Source of the DNA: a virus
Taxonomy: Duplodnaviria; Heunggongvirae; Uroviricota; Caudoviricetes
DNA: 27,380 bases
Direction: 5' to 3' (one strand)
Virus record (IMG/VR): IMGVR_UViG_3300010280_000022
Below, piece by piece: positions 5,497-16,484 of the stretch (position 1 is its first letter; every line of letters starts with the position of its first letter). A model generated the notes under the pieces. The model saw nothing but the letters and a program-made list of their open reading frames with translations, did not search any database and was not told the DNA's origin. Made by a program: the position numbers and the translations under genes.

Positions 5497-8049
5497 TTAT
5501 TTACCTAGCATGAACTGCGATGGTGGGATCAGAAAGCCGTTACCCTGCTCACGCTCAACACGGCGCTGATAACGCTCAAGAGAGCCTGGGTCAAGGGCAT
5601 CTTGTATCCGGTTCAATATTAAACCATTCATCGCCGTACGAAGCCAGAACACGTTGAGGAATGGCGTATTGTCAAGTGCCGTGCGATACCAGTCACCCAA
5701 ATCTGCATCCCCTCTCGTGGTCTGCTGGAGCAGCGTGATAATGCTGTCAGCGTTCGATGCTGCTGGCCCCATTAGCGACGTAACCGGCCCGGCCCCCATG
5801 CGGTTGACCTCGCCAAACATGAAGTCACCCAAGATGCCAAGACCGCCCCCCTGAGATGCGGCTGCGAGAAACGTCTTGGCATCTGCCGGGCGTGGTGTTT
5901 GCCCTTTCAGCATGAGTTTTGACTGCATGGAGATATAACCAAACATAGTCGCCCAGACAAAGAGGTTTGCAGCACCAAGGAAAGCCCCCTTCCCGTTACG
6001 TAGCAGCGCATTCGTCAGCGATCCGGTTTTCGACTCACCAAGCCCAGCAGGAATATAACCACGCCCGAATACTTCGCGTCCTAGTACGTTCTGCATGAAG
6101 CTTGCAGTGAACGATTTGTACTGACCAGCGAATCGTATTGCTTCCCCAGCCACCGTTCCTGGCACCGTGCCCATCTTCATAAACGCCTGCGTGCGATCGC
6201 CAGGCTCTGACATGGCGATATTCAGGCGGTCAAGGATGTAGCCGCGCAACTGCCCTTCCAATTGATCGCGTGCGTCAGCGATAGCGCGCTGCGTTGGTTT
6301 GATCCCCTTACTCTCTACATAACCGGCAATCACTTCGTCAGGCACGCCGCGGATGCCGCTGGTCGTCATGAACTTACGACCTTCGCTATCGGCCATGTCC
6401 ATGTTGCGAAAAATTTCCCACTCACGTTCGCCAATACCGTGCAGATCCAGCACGCGTCGCAGGTCTTCCGGTAGCCGCGCATGAGACTGGTCAGCATTCT
6501 TTGCAAGCCAGTTGGTTATCATCATGGCGTTGCTGTTGCGACCGCTCTCGGTCCAGAAGTTCATGAGGTTGTACTTAAAGAAAAGCTGCTGCGCGCGACC
6601 AAGCTTTCCATTCAGCGTGTCATCACCAGATATGCGCCGGATGATTTCCTGCGTCATGGAGTCGGAATAAACTCCGATAGAGGAAAGGATCTCTTTCTGC
6701 TCCGCGCTGTTGTAACGCGTGAAGCGGCCTCTCATAGCACCAAGCAACGCCTGCATAAAATTCTGCCCTTGGTAGCGCATCTCGGTAGCGGCGATAGGCA
6801 CGTCGTTAAACGATGAGATTACCGCGCCACCAAGTTGGCTCATACGCAACCAGCCGCGTACAGCCGCCGACGCATTGGCCCAGCCTACGCTGCCAGGAAT
6901 ATTTAGCGAGCCGTCAACCTGCGGCATTACGGTACGGTTAATGCGACGCACCTTCGTCATGTAGTCAGCCAACGCTGCCGGTCTTCCGGATTTGCTGATA
7001 TCTTCAGCAATGGCGTCCGTCAGGTACTTAAACATGTTCTGTGGGTTAGTGCCCAGTACGCGCATCATGCCCGTTGTGCGGGCAGCGCTGTTTAAGCCAC
7101 CAAACAGCGCTTCTCGCAGGCTGCCGGTGCCGAATTGCTGGTTGTACTCGTGCCAAGAGATACCATCTTTGAAGTGCAAAATTCGCTCTTGGCTGGCGCG
7201 TTTAGCTGCGTTCGCCGATCCCTTAAAGCCATTCATCCAATCGGGCTTTTCAGATGTAAGATGCACGCCGGAAGCCAGCCCGTTATAAATGTTACGCATG
7301 AACTGCTCGCGGTCAGCCACGCCGTCAAAAGTGCGCTCATCAAGGCGCGGGAGAATAGCATTTCGCCATGCATCATAACCTGCGGCGCGGATCTTCATGA
7401 TGTCGTGTGACTGGCGCACTATATAGCCCGGCTCTTTGCGTATCCATGCCCCGGCGCGGTTCTCATCAATGCGCGCAGTTTCCTGCCATTTCATGATGAT
7501 TTGTGCAGCGCTTACGGATTGCTTTGTCATACCGTCAGTTGACTGCCCGCGCCCTATGCGCCACATTGCATCGGCAATTTCCCGGTCATTGCTGCCGCTG
7601 GCGATGAATTGCACCAGCCCGGCACGGTCAAAATCGTAGTTGATACCGGAATGATACTTGCCGCGCAGTTGCGCCACCTCCGAAGATACCGACCGGCGGG
7701 CGCCGGTACGCGCATCGTTGCGGCCAACCAGCATTGCTTCAAGCCCGATATCCGGGCGGTCTTTCCAGATAGTACGAAGCTCTCTAAGTCGTTGTGCGGC
7801 AATACGGGCGTTGATTGCCTTATTGCGAGCCTCAATCTGTTTTGCCAGCATATCGGCATTGCTCAGTTCTTCCGCTGCGCGCATCGCGGCCTCTTCCAGA
7901 GACAGCGCCTCATTGGTCGCCAGAATTCGCCTAGTGGTGTCGTTCATGTCACGCACCAGCGACTCCATCTCATCGGAAGAAAGCTCGCGACCAGCGGCAG
8001 CATTTACACTGCGCTCGCACTGCGTCAAAAATTCGTTTGCTGCCATCAC
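5497..8049 (-). CDS. Internal virion/ejection protein (850 aa; T7 gp16-like position)
   Basis: Long ORF overlapping start/stop with neighbours, in the block between tail-tube genes and tailspike. Confidence 0.7.
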   Translation of the reverse strand: MMAANEFLTQCERSVNAAAGRELSSDEMESLVRDMNDTTRRILATNEALSLEEAAMRAAEELSNADMLAKQIEARNKAINARIAAQRLRELRTIWKDRPDIGLEAMLVGRNDARTGARRSVSSEVAQLRGKYHSGINYDFDRAGLVQFIASGSNDREIADAMWRIGRGQSTDGMTKQSVSAAQIIMKWQETARIDENRAGAWIRKEPGYIVRQSHDIMKIRAAGYDAWRNAILPRLDERTFDGVADREQFMRNIYNGLASGVHLTSEKPDWMNGFKGSANAAKRASQERILHFKDGISWHEYNQQFGTGSLREALFGGLNSAARTTGMMRVLGTNPQNMFKYLTDAIAEDISKSGRPAALADYMTKVRRINRTVMPQVDGSLNIPGSVGWANASAAVRGWLRMSQLGGAVISSFNDVPIAATEMRYQGQNFMQALLGAMRGRFTRYNSAEQKEILSSIGVYSDSMTQEIIRRISGDDTLNGKLGRAQQLFFKYNLMNFWTESGRNSNAMMITNWLAKNADQSHARLPEDLRRVLDLHGIGEREWEIFRNMDMADSEGRKFMTTSGIRGVPDEVIAGYVESKGIKPTQRAIADARDQLEGQLRGYILDRLNIAMSEPGDRTQAFMKMGTVPGTVAGEAIRFAGQYKSFTASFMQNVLGREVFGRGYIPAGLGESKTGSLTNALLRNGKGAFLGAANLFVWATMFGYISMQSKLMLKGQTPRPADAKTFLAAASQGGGLGILGDFMFGEVNRMGAGPVTSLMGPAASNADSIITLLQQTTRGDADLGDWYRTALDNTPFLNVFWLRTAMNGLILNRIQDALDPGSLERYQRRVEREQGNGFLIPPSQFMLGK

Positions 8050-9743
8050 ATCCCCCGGTTAATCATACAGGCGGCAAATGCCCGGAAAGCGTTGCTCATG
8101 CTATTGTCGCTGGCGTCGGTACGAATATCATTGAGTTTCTGGCGCAACGTGGTCGCAAGATCAGGGTTATCGACAGCGATATCGTCAAGCAGGGCGTTAC
8201 TCAGGTTGAGCTCGTTATCAAGGTCTGCAGCGGCAGCGGTAATTTCATGATCTGCCTTTTGCGTTTCTTGATAAACCCGATCGGCTGTTTCGCTTGCTGG
8301 GCGAGCCGTTTCATCAACCTGCCGTGCCGGGTTCTGTATGCGATGGATGGCGCGTTCACGCAGTGCCGGTTTGTGCAGTTCATAGAAGGGCTCAACATCT
8401 GGGCTACGTCCTTCCATCATGTGTGCCAGCGCAGCGCGATACGCCTGCTGGTTCACGTTCCAGTCAGCATCCCTGATGGCGCTTGCGGCAGTGCGAACTG
8501 CGCCAGCGACCGGCGACATCTGCATGCCGTCCAGGATCTGCTGCGCACGCTCGGAAATGGTGACTTTCAGGTCGTCGGGGATCTCGCCGCGGGAAATCTG
8601 AGACTGGCGCCAGCGCGCCTGCTCTGCTGTCGCGTGCTGCTCCAGCGATGTGTTGATCTCCTGATTGCGTGCAGCGATGGCGTCTTTCTCGGCCTGAATC
8701 TCTTTCAGTGCCCTAGAGCGCGCATCCTTAAACTTCATCCGCTGCCCCTGATACTTTTTGGTGCGCTGCTGCAGCGTCGCATCAAGCGAGTCAGCATGAC
8801 GTTGATTAGCCGCAAGCTCGGCACGCAGGTCGGCAACGTTACCGATCTGCCCGCTCTGTAACTCCTGCTGGCGCGCCATATAGTCAGGAACCACGTCGTC
8901 ATAAGCCCGGCTGTATGCGTAGCTCTCCGCTTCACTGGAAATGGCCGCCGCCAGATCTGCATTAGCGCCAACCTCAGGGATATTCACGCCCGCCGGAATG
9001 TTGTCAGGCGTTATCACCGGGGTTGGCTGCGCATCGCCAGAAAACGCCGGGGACTCTCCCGTTGCAGCATCGGGAACGCGACGCGGTCGCACGATATCGG
9101 CGATAAGGCCGCCGCCGGCATGCATTAGACCGCCAGCCATCGTGTTAAAGAAAGTACTTTCCAACGCGTTGCTATAGGTGAAGTCGTCACCTTCCGCCGC
9201 CGCTGCCAGCCCGGTAAGCGGCACGGTCACCACAGCCTGCGCTGCCCCCATGCGTGCACCAGCAACAAATCGCTCGCCAAATCGGCCAAGCACAGAAGCT
9301 GCCTTTGCTTCTCCAGCGAACGGAACCAGCGCCAGCGCCACGTTACCAGGATCTGCCATTGAACCAGCTAGGCTGGCTGCGAAATTAAGCGGCGTGGCTA
9401 CCCATCCGCTCGGTGCCGACATCGCGATCTGCTGGCGTGCCAGAGAATCTTTGCGTTCGGCAATAACATGATCGAGAAAAGCCTGCGTAACGCCAGAATC
9501 TGGCACGTTTATGCTCTTTACGCCGTACTGCTTCAGGAGCTCATCCGCTTCCTGCTTACTGATAACTGTAGAGTTTGGGTCATTCGCCAGCGAGTCGGCC
9601 TGCGCAAAGCGGTAGCCGGACATGACCGGCCCCTCTTCAAATCCCTGCTTAAGGGAAGAAAGCAGCGATTCGCCAAGCCCTGCTGGCGCGTTGCCAATTG
9701 GCTGGTTAATGCCCTGTCCCGGATCATCTGTGTAAATTGGCAT
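8046..9743 (-). CDS. Internal virion/ejection protein (565 aa)
   Basis: Long Ala-rich ORF, ATGA overlap with downstream gene, in the internal-core block. Confidence 0.65.
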   Translation of the reverse strand: MPIYTDDPGQGINQPIGNAPAGLGESLLSSLKQGFEEGPVMSGYRFAQADSLANDPNSTVISKQEADELLKQYGVKSINVPDSGVTQAFLDHVIAERKDSLARQQIAMSAPSGWVATPLNFAASLAGSMADPGNVALALVPFAGEAKAASVLGRFGERFVAGARMGAAQAVVTVPLTGLAAAAEGDDFTYSNALESTFFNTMAGGLMHAGGGLIADIVRPRRVPDAATGESPAFSGDAQPTPVITPDNIPAGVNIPEVGANADLAAAISSEAESYAYSRAYDDVVPDYMARQQELQSGQIGNVADLRAELAANQRHADSLDATLQQRTKKYQGQRMKFKDARSRALKEIQAEKDAIAARNQEINTSLEQHATAEQARWRQSQISRGEIPDDLKVTISERAQQILDGMQMSPVAGAVRTAASAIRDADWNVNQQAYRAALAHMMEGRSPDVEPFYELHKPALRERAIHRIQNPARQVDETARPASETADRVYQETQKADHEITAAAADLDNELNLSNALLDDIAVDNPDLATTLRQKLNDIRTDASDNSMSNAFRAFAACMINRGM

Positions 9744-9744
9744 G

Positions 9745-12366
9745 TTATCGTCCTGATTGCTGGCCGTTCTGGAAAATGTTAATCAGGTTGTCGCGCTGAC
9801 TTTCTGCGCTGTATTCCTTAGACTGTCCGGGAGTATATTTCACCGGCGTATCAATGAACTTGGTAATGCTGTTCCATACTGATCGGTTGGTTGCTCCCAG
9901 TTTCGCCAGATCGTTGAACGGCACCGTAATCGGGTTGCCGTCGGCACCGTTGACGATCAGCCCGTTGAGCATCAGGGTAAGTCCTGTTTCGTCGCTGTTG
10001 GTCACCCACTGCGCATTATCACGAATGCGGGAGATACTCTGCTCACGGTTGACCTCATCAGGTAGCCTTGGGTCACCAATAAGCGGCATAATCTGATCTG
10101 CTGACAGGTTTTTCAGATACGCATTGGCACCATCGTTAACGTCACGAATATCTATCCCTGCACGATTAGGTAGCCGCCAAGTGCCATTGGTCTGGTACTG
10201 CTCGCCGAGGATGTCCTGATACGCCTGTTTTGCTGCATCAGACGCCGACATTCCGCGCTGCATGTTGATGTAAGTAAGTCGTTTTCCCTGCTCGTTGAAG
10301 TTATTCCACACGGCAGTGCCACCAGGCTGAACAACCATCGTGCCAGCAAAATCTTTCGATTGGTCATTCCATGACGAGTCGGCGCTATCCGCGTCGGTTT
10401 TCTCAAGACTGCCGCGTAAGTCAGCAGTTTTAACGCTACGGTTTTGCCAGAGCGCATTTGCCGCGCGCGGGTTCTCGGTAGCCATGACAACCTGCAACGC
10501 AGGATAAGCGCTCTTCTGAACCTGCTGCATCACCTGATCCGAGTATTTGCCGAACGACTGCGCCACCGACTGAATGGCCTTAACGCTAGATTCCTGCGTG
10601 TTGTCAATACGCTGCAGTACATCATTGACCATGGACTCCGGTAAAACTTTTTTGCTCATTATCCCCAGGCGGTCTTTTTCAGACTGTATGCGGGAAACTA
10701 GGTATTCACCAGATGAAGGGTCATTCAGGTACTGCTGGAATGCAGCCTGCACAACCGGAGAGTTTTGTTGCAGCCATGCCCCCGGATCCGCTTCCCGCGC
10801 CTTCAGTACCTGCCCAAGCTTGACCTTTGCCGATGCATAAAGCTCTGCTTTGTATTTAAAGTCAGGGTCGTTTTCCTGCGGTGCCATTGCCTGCACGGCG
10901 GCGGTACCCTGCTGGACGTTGCCCTGCATAATGGTCTGATAAACAGGTTGTAGCGTCATTGCCTGCTGGTATTGCTGGAAGGTTTTTTCCATCTGCAGGC
11001 GCTCGGCAGGCGCTGCCTGAAGCGGCATAACGGCGGCCCATTCGTGCGCTGAAATAGGCGTCACCTGCTTACCGGCCTCAATTTTGGATAGGTCGTCCTG
11101 CATTCGACTCTGTAGCGCAACGCGACCGGCTGAAGCCTGCATGTCGTACATGCCAGCAACCTTGCTCATCATCTGCGACTTTTTGTCCGGACTCATGGCG
11201 TTCCAGAATGGCTGTGCGATGAGGTTTTCCATCGTCGCAGATCCAGGAATAGCTCCAGCACTGCCAGTTACTTTTGCCACATAATTGCGCGTCTCGTCGT
11301 ATGGGATAGCTGCGGCAAACTGGGCGTTACTGACTTCGCCTGTGCGCGGATCGCCAATCTGTTTAATCCAGCCGTCAACCTTTCCTGGGCCAGCGTTATA
11401 GGCAGCTACTGCCAGAACCGGGTTATTGTCGTATTTCTTCATCTGCGCGCCGAAATAAGCTTGCCCCAAGCGGGCATTATAGCGCGGGTCATTCAACCAT
11501 TTATCGCGGTCCCACGGCACGCCAGCAAGGCGGGCAGCTTCGGGGCCAGTATCTTCCGTCACCTGCGCTACGCCAACAGCGCCTTTTGGCGACACCAAAG
11601 GTGTTCCGTCCTTTCCGTACTGATTTCCGCCACTCTCCTGCCAGATTATTGCAGAGAATAACTGCGCCTCACTCGGTGTATCGGTTACCTCAATCTTGCC
11701 GTTCGGACCCATGATCTGTTGATACATCGGCACATACCACGCCTCCGCCGCACCGTTCGCGGCATTCTCGCGCCACGAAACCCAGTTCTGTTCTATCTCT
11801 TCCTGACTCTGGCCGTGGGCTTCGCCGTAAGCGATGATGCTATGATATGCCTTCAATCCTGCCTGGTTTGCCATTGTCGGGTTACGGAACTGCATCGATA
11901 GGTTTTTTAGTGTCGCATCCTGCATATCCGCCTCATACTGGCGAACCTGTCCTATTTCGTACCTCCCGGCCTGCGTAGTGAACTGAATGCGCTGCTGCTG
12001 CGCCTGCTGCATGAAAGCATTACGAGCCTGTTCATCCGGCAGCGACATAGCCAGTTGTTCGACCTGAGCATCAAACTGCTGCGTATACTCCTGACCTTTT
12101 CCAATAGCATTTTTCCCTTTCAGGTTAAGCAAACCTGTTTCAGGGTTATTCAGCAGATCGCTGCCTGTCTGACTGAGTTTAAGGGATGCCTCCTGAACCA
12201 AGGCAATATTGGTACGCTGTTTTGCCTGACCCAGAACATCAATTGCCTCTGTCCCTGCCCGAACAAAAGCATCACTAATACCTGGCTGAGAAAACGTCTG
12301 CAAGCCTGCTGACTGAACTCCACGACTCTCAACCTGACGTCCCGATGTTGTTGGTACAACTGGCAT
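9745..12366 (-). CDS. Internal virion protein with lytic transglycosylase (SLT) domain (873 aa)
   Basis: IIWQESGGNQYG..GAVGVAQV...AYNAGPG at residues ~235-335 is the SLT catalytic signature (nt ~11362-11664). Confidence 0.8.
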   Translation of the reverse strand: MPVVPTTSGRQVESRGVQSAGLQTFSQPGISDAFVRAGTEAIDVLGQAKQRTNIALVQEASLKLSQTGSDLLNNPETGLLNLKGKNAIGKGQEYTQQFDAQVEQLAMSLPDEQARNAFMQQAQQQRIQFTTQAGRYEIGQVRQYEADMQDATLKNLSMQFRNPTMANQAGLKAYHSIIAYGEAHGQSQEEIEQNWVSWRENAANGAAEAWYVPMYQQIMGPNGKIEVTDTPSEAQLFSAIIWQESGGNQYGKDGTPLVSPKGAVGVAQVTEDTGPEAARLAGVPWDRDKWLNDPRYNARLGQAYFGAQMKKYDNNPVLAVAAYNAGPGKVDGWIKQIGDPRTGEVSNAQFAAAIPYDETRNYVAKVTGSAGAIPGSATMENLIAQPFWNAMSPDKKSQMMSKVAGMYDMQASAGRVALQSRMQDDLSKIEAGKQVTPISAHEWAAVMPLQAAPAERLQMEKTFQQYQQAMTLQPVYQTIMQGNVQQGTAAVQAMAPQENDPDFKYKAELYASAKVKLGQVLKAREADPGAWLQQNSPVVQAAFQQYLNDPSSGEYLVSRIQSEKDRLGIMSKKVLPESMVNDVLQRIDNTQESSVKAIQSVAQSFGKYSDQVMQQVQKSAYPALQVVMATENPRAANALWQNRSVKTADLRGSLEKTDADSADSSWNDQSKDFAGTMVVQPGGTAVWNNFNEQGKRLTYINMQRGMSASDAAKQAYQDILGEQYQTNGTWRLPNRAGIDIRDVNDGANAYLKNLSADQIMPLIGDPRLPDEVNREQSISRIRDNAQWVTNSDETGLTLMLNGLIVNGADGNPITVPFNDLAKLGATNRSVWNSITKFIDTPVKYTPGQSKEYSAESQRDNLINIFQNGQQSGR

Positions 12367-12941
12367 CAGTAACCTCCTATTTTGAATCGGGAGTCAGAAT
12401 TCATAAAACCTGAGTTAGATAACATTGGCGTCCCACCACTAGATGTACTTCCTTTAGAGAACGGACTCCACGTCCCACCAAACATCTGGTACGCACCGTA
12501 TGCCTTCAGAGGCGCAGTGAGTAAAGTTGTTGCTGCTCCCACATTCCCCTGTTTACGGGCTGAACTGGCTTCTGCTTTATAGTTGGCAGCCTGAACCTGA
12601 TAACCGTAAGCCTCGCGTTGCGCGTTATTCACCGTCGTCAGAGAATCAAGAGCGCCAAACTGGGCAGTGTCGCCAAATATATCCAGCGCGTTACCTGTAG
12701 ATAAATCAGCGCCGGTAGCCCCCATTGTCGCCGCCTGTGTACCAAGCCGCTGTCGGGTCTCTCTGCGCCGTTGCTCAGCTTCAGCGTTACCTCTGTTTAT
12801 TGCATCATTTGCCTGAGCTGTGGCTATATCTGCGTTCGCTTCTGCAACCTTCGAGGCATACTTTCCCTGTTGGTACTGGGTGTATGCCTGAATGCCACTC
12901 ATGGCGAGCATTGCGCCACCAGCAATAACCGGATCGCACAT
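12366..12941 (-). CDS. Internal virion protein (191 aa; T7 gp14-like position)
   Basis: Size and position between tail-tube and core genes; Ala/Gln/Gly-rich. Confidence 0.55.
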   Translation of the reverse strand: MCDPVIAGGAMLAMSGIQAYTQYQQGKYASKVAEANADIATAQANDAINRGNAEAEQRRRETRQRLGTQAATMGATGADLSTGNALDIFGDTAQFGALDSLTTVNNAQREAYGYQVQAANYKAEASSARKQGNVGAATTLLTAPLKAYGAYQMFGGTWSPFSKGSTSSGGTPMLSNSGFMNSDSRFKIGGY

Positions 12942-13405
12942 TATTTTCTCTCCATGTGAAATCTGTGGAAATTAAGACCAAGAGCACCATAAGGCGCGGC
13001 TTCTTCAAGCCTGAATCCAAGCCAGTGCAGCCATGCTTTGGCAACATGGTTTCGCTCGTCGACATAGTTTTCCAGGCGCGGATAAACTGCCAGCATCTGC
13101 TGCAATACAGGGCGGCAGTGGCGAAGAAATGTCTTCTGATATTTTTCGATACGGCTGGTTCCTACCAGCCAGGGCGTACCATTGCCACCGATCATTGACG
13201 CCGGAGATACGCCAAACATGGTTACCAGTTCTCCGTTCGCAAATCCTGACCAGGCCATAGTCGCAGTACGCAGACCAACACGCAGCGCATCTTCGGTAGT
13301 CATCAGTGATACCGCATACAGTTCGTCAATATCAGCCTGACGAACATCCGGCAAAATCATCTGAAGATGCTCTTCGGTAGCGGGAACAATTCGAACATCG
13401 ATCAT
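12941..13405 (-). CDS. Hypothetical virion-assembly protein (154 aa; T7 gp13-like position)
   Basis: ORF with overlapping start/stop codons in the structural operon; function by position only. Confidence 0.5.
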   Translation of the reverse strand: MIDVRIVPATEEHLQMILPDVRQADIDELYAVSLMTTEDALRVGLRTATMAWSGFANGELVTMFGVSPASMIGGNGTPWLVGTSRIEKYQKTFLRHCRPVLQQMLAVYPRLENYVDERNHVAKAWLHWLGFRLEEAAPYGALGLNFHRFHMERK

Positions 13406-15876
13406 CAGAATCCCCCAACAGTAAGGCGAGGTATAACGGCAAGAACAGACAGCGGCAACGGGTCAAGCTGACGGATTCTTACACGTCCGTTTTTGCCCCA
13501 GTTACTGTCCAGTTTCACTTCTACTTTTCCGGTAGCGTCATCAACAGGATCATCGTAGAACTCGAATTCACGCTGTGGATATTCGTACCATTTACCGCCG
13601 GGCGTAGTCGCCCAGATGCCGCGACTGGCATTCACAACCAGAGTAACGGACGGGATCACCTGTTTTTTGTCCAGCAGCGTTTCCTGTCCGTTAATGTTGA
13701 TATCCAGTGTTTCGAATTCAGCAGTTATTGGCAGGCCGATGTGCACAACAGCCCCAGGTGATTCCAGCGTGACGGCACCTCCGGAAACCACTTTCTGTGG
13801 TTCCACGTTCGCATCAGAGAGAATGTTTACGGTCTGGCCTTCAAGATGAGACAGGCCTCCAAATGTCCGGCGCGCCATCTGCCAGTTCGTGGTAGCCACA
13901 TTCCTGAGGGATGGCGTGACGTTCCTGTTAGCACGAACCACTACAGCGGTATTGCTGGTTACAGAAATGATATCGCAACGTAATTCTTTTGACACTTCAT
14001 CGCCAGTATCAGGATCAGTTCCGGTATAAGGGAACTGTAGTTGAGCACCGACATCACTACTGGTGAAGTACGCACCACCAGAAACACTGATTGTATATTC
14101 CGCGCGGTAATCCCATTCGCCAGAACCACCAGTGATGATCATCGTTCTGTCAGACGTATTTCTTCCATCATAGCTAAGGCCAGAATCAACAAAGAAAGCA
14201 TCTTCATCGCTGGTAAATAAACGGCTGGACAGTCGCTCGATGTATCTCACTGTTTGCCCGTTAACGGTTCGGTTAACGACGAAATACACCGCATCTTCAT
14301 TGCCTTCGCTGATACTGCATGTGCTTTCATATTTTCCGGTACTGGATTGTGGTGCCCATGCAAAAACCTGCTGATCACGCAAATAGGTCATCACCAGTAA
14401 TTTACCGTCATCACGAATGCAGAAGGCGCTGGAGTAAGGGACAATCGAGAAGCACCAGTCAACAATGCTGTGCTTCTGAAAAAGATGATTGGCAAGGATA
14501 GTAAGGTCGTTCCCCTGATATCCGTCAACATCGAATGAGTAGGCCAGATCACGTACAACACTGCCTTTCTCCTGGACGAACAGAGCAATATTCGCCACGG
14601 CAATTGGTGGGACGTTGCTTGAGCCATTTGATCCCTGAGAGCTGAATGCAAATGATGATGGGGTTAACACTTTGTTCTGGTCGCCGGTGATGACGTACTC
14701 ACCTCCGGAAGTCAGCGCCACCAGCGAACCAACATCAATCAGGTGGCGGATCTCATTAACCTGACGCCCGGCATAGGTGTAGATAATTCTGTCGTCATCC
14801 TGCGTAGGATTGCTTTTGCCAAAATCTTTATAATCCCCGGTACGGCTGGCCCAGATAGTCTGAGGGAAAGCAGTCGATGCGGCGAAGTAAAGACGTTGTT
14901 GATAATAAACAACAGTGCCAGGATAACCATTAACACTGTTCCAGGCATATTTAGCCCATTTATAGCTGGCATTATCCTCACCAACGACCTGCGAAGGGAT
15001 ATAGGAAATCACCTCGGCAGTTGCAGTAGTGTCGTTTACAGCAGTGATACGGGCAATGCCAAACCCACTGTGCAGATACTCCCACTCAATGCCAGTATCA
15101 TCATCACCGGATCCGCCCCAGCCATCCCATGATGTGCCTTCTGTATGCGAAGGGCGCAAAGTGCCTGTTTTGCCTGCTGTAACGGCGCGATAGTAGTTAC
15201 TGTCTGCACGGCGAATATCGCCAATCGACGTACTCTTACTGGTTTCCCATACCGGCACAGAATCCACTGCAGGCTGTTCCAGATAGAACAATTTGCCTAC
15301 CTGCTCCGCGCCAAAAATAGAGGCGCTTGCCGTTAACGTAATTGTCCCGGTGCTGGCGCTGGCATAAACCGTCACTGACTCGTCAATATTGATATCTTCA
15401 AATGGCCCGTTCTTCGTTACCACATCAACCAGTTGCCAGTTGTCATGCGCATAGCGGCGCAACTCTTTCGGCGGGTATGCCGGATGAACCAGCGTAAGCA
15501 CGTCTGCGCTTTGCGTGAATTTAATTCGGAACAGATCGGCTTCAGTATATGGCGTGGCAATTTCATAAATAACATTGCTGCTGTTCAGCACCAACGCACC
15601 ATCTTTGATAACGCGCATGTACTGGTGTCCGAACTCCAGAGCATAAGTCTGAACCGTCGAGAACTGGAACGGGATCAGGCGGCATTTCCGATTTGGGTAT
15701 TTGGCGGCACCGACAAAACGCGTACCAGGTCGATTCTCAACGCCGCCATACTGCCGCACGATAAAGTTATCGCACTTGCGCAATGCCACCTGGTACTTCG
15801 CCATGTCGATACGTCCGTACAACGACGGTCCAATCTCACCACCGGCAAAGCTGGGCTGGATCCAACTGATAGCCAT
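13405..15876 (-). CDS. Tail tubular protein B-like (823 aa; T7 gp12-like)
   Basis: Size and position after the gp11-like gene; N-terminal P.SFAGGEIGPSLYGRID resembles the gp12 N-terminus. Confidence 0.65.
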   Translation of the reverse strand: MAISWIQPSFAGGEIGPSLYGRIDMAKYQVALRKCDNFIVRQYGGVENRPGTRFVGAAKYPNRKCRLIPFQFSTVQTYALEFGHQYMRVIKDGALVLNSSNVIYEIATPYTEADLFRIKFTQSADVLTLVHPAYPPKELRRYAHDNWQLVDVVTKNGPFEDINIDESVTVYASASTGTITLTASASIFGAEQVGKLFYLEQPAVDSVPVWETSKSTSIGDIRRADSNYYRAVTAGKTGTLRPSHTEGTSWDGWGGSGDDDTGIEWEYLHSGFGIARITAVNDTTATAEVISYIPSQVVGEDNASYKWAKYAWNSVNGYPGTVVYYQQRLYFAASTAFPQTIWASRTGDYKDFGKSNPTQDDDRIIYTYAGRQVNEIRHLIDVGSLVALTSGGEYVITGDQNKVLTPSSFAFSSQGSNGSSNVPPIAVANIALFVQEKGSVVRDLAYSFDVDGYQGNDLTILANHLFQKHSIVDWCFSIVPYSSAFCIRDDGKLLVMTYLRDQQVFAWAPQSSTGKYESTCSISEGNEDAVYFVVNRTVNGQTVRYIERLSSRLFTSDEDAFFVDSGLSYDGRNTSDRTMIITGGSGEWDYRAEYTISVSGGAYFTSSDVGAQLQFPYTGTDPDTGDEVSKELRCDIISVTSNTAVVVRANRNVTPSLRNVATTNWQMARRTFGGLSHLEGQTVNILSDANVEPQKVVSGGAVTLESPGAVVHIGLPITAEFETLDININGQETLLDKKQVIPSVTLVVNASRGIWATTPGGKWYEYPQREFEFYDDPVDDATGKVEVKLDSNWGKNGRVRIRQLDPLPLSVLAVIPRLTVGGF

Positions 15877-16484
15877 CAGGACAACCTCGCAATGGTAAAC
15901 TCATCAACCGGTGGCTGTGGTTCCTGTGATTCATTCTGGCTATGCGAGCCAGCACTAAGAATCACGCGATTGTACATATTGAGGGCAAACGTACCGAGGT
16001 CTGCATTCCCAGTCAGCGCCATGTTAATAGCTGCCGCAAGACGCCAGGCCAACGCCTCCATAAAAATGGCATCAAACATGTTCACATCTGAAACGCGAGA
16101 GACATACTTGAGCCATGCCTGCGGCTGGTCTGTGTAGATCAACTTTCCTGTTCCGTTGGTGTCTGCACCAACTTCGTACTGAACGCGCATTGCTGCTGTT
16201 GGATTGCGTACACCAGGAAGCATAATTTCAGTAATGCGCAGACAATCGGACGGGTACTGGTACGCATATTCCCAGTCAGGCGGTGGATTGCTCGTATCTG
16301 CAAGCGCCACGCGTTTGGTAGCAAAGTTCCAGTCAAAATCAGAAAGCACAGCATCACGGCAGGCCTCAAAATGCAGCGAACATTCCCCCGCTTCCTTGCT
16401 GGCTTCCGTCAGGCTGTTAATGCTGCGGCTGTTGCCAATATTGGACAGCGCACGATTACAGATCTCTACTACAGAGGCCATCAC
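15876..16484 (-). CDS. Tail tubular protein A-like (202 aa; T7 gp11-like)
   Basis: Size and position; N-terminal ICNRALSNIGNSRSINSLTE resembles the gp11 N-terminal pattern. Confidence 0.6.
   Translation of the reverse strand: MMASVVEICNRALSNIGNSRSINSLTEASKEAGECSLHFEACRDAVLSDFDWNFATKRVALADTSNPPPDWEYAYQYPSDCLRITEIMLPGVRNPTAAMRVQYEVGADTNGTGKLIYTDQPQAWLKYVSRVSDVNMFDAIFMEALAWRLAAAINMALTGNADLGTFALNMYNRVILSAGSHSQNESQEPQPPVDEFTIARLS

Noticed and set aside
5654-12312. Numerous 60-270-aa plus-strand ORFs within 5.6-12.3 kb
   Set aside because: All are embedded antisense in the long minus-strand virion genes and are Arg/Ser/Ala-rich, typical of GC-rich antisense frames.
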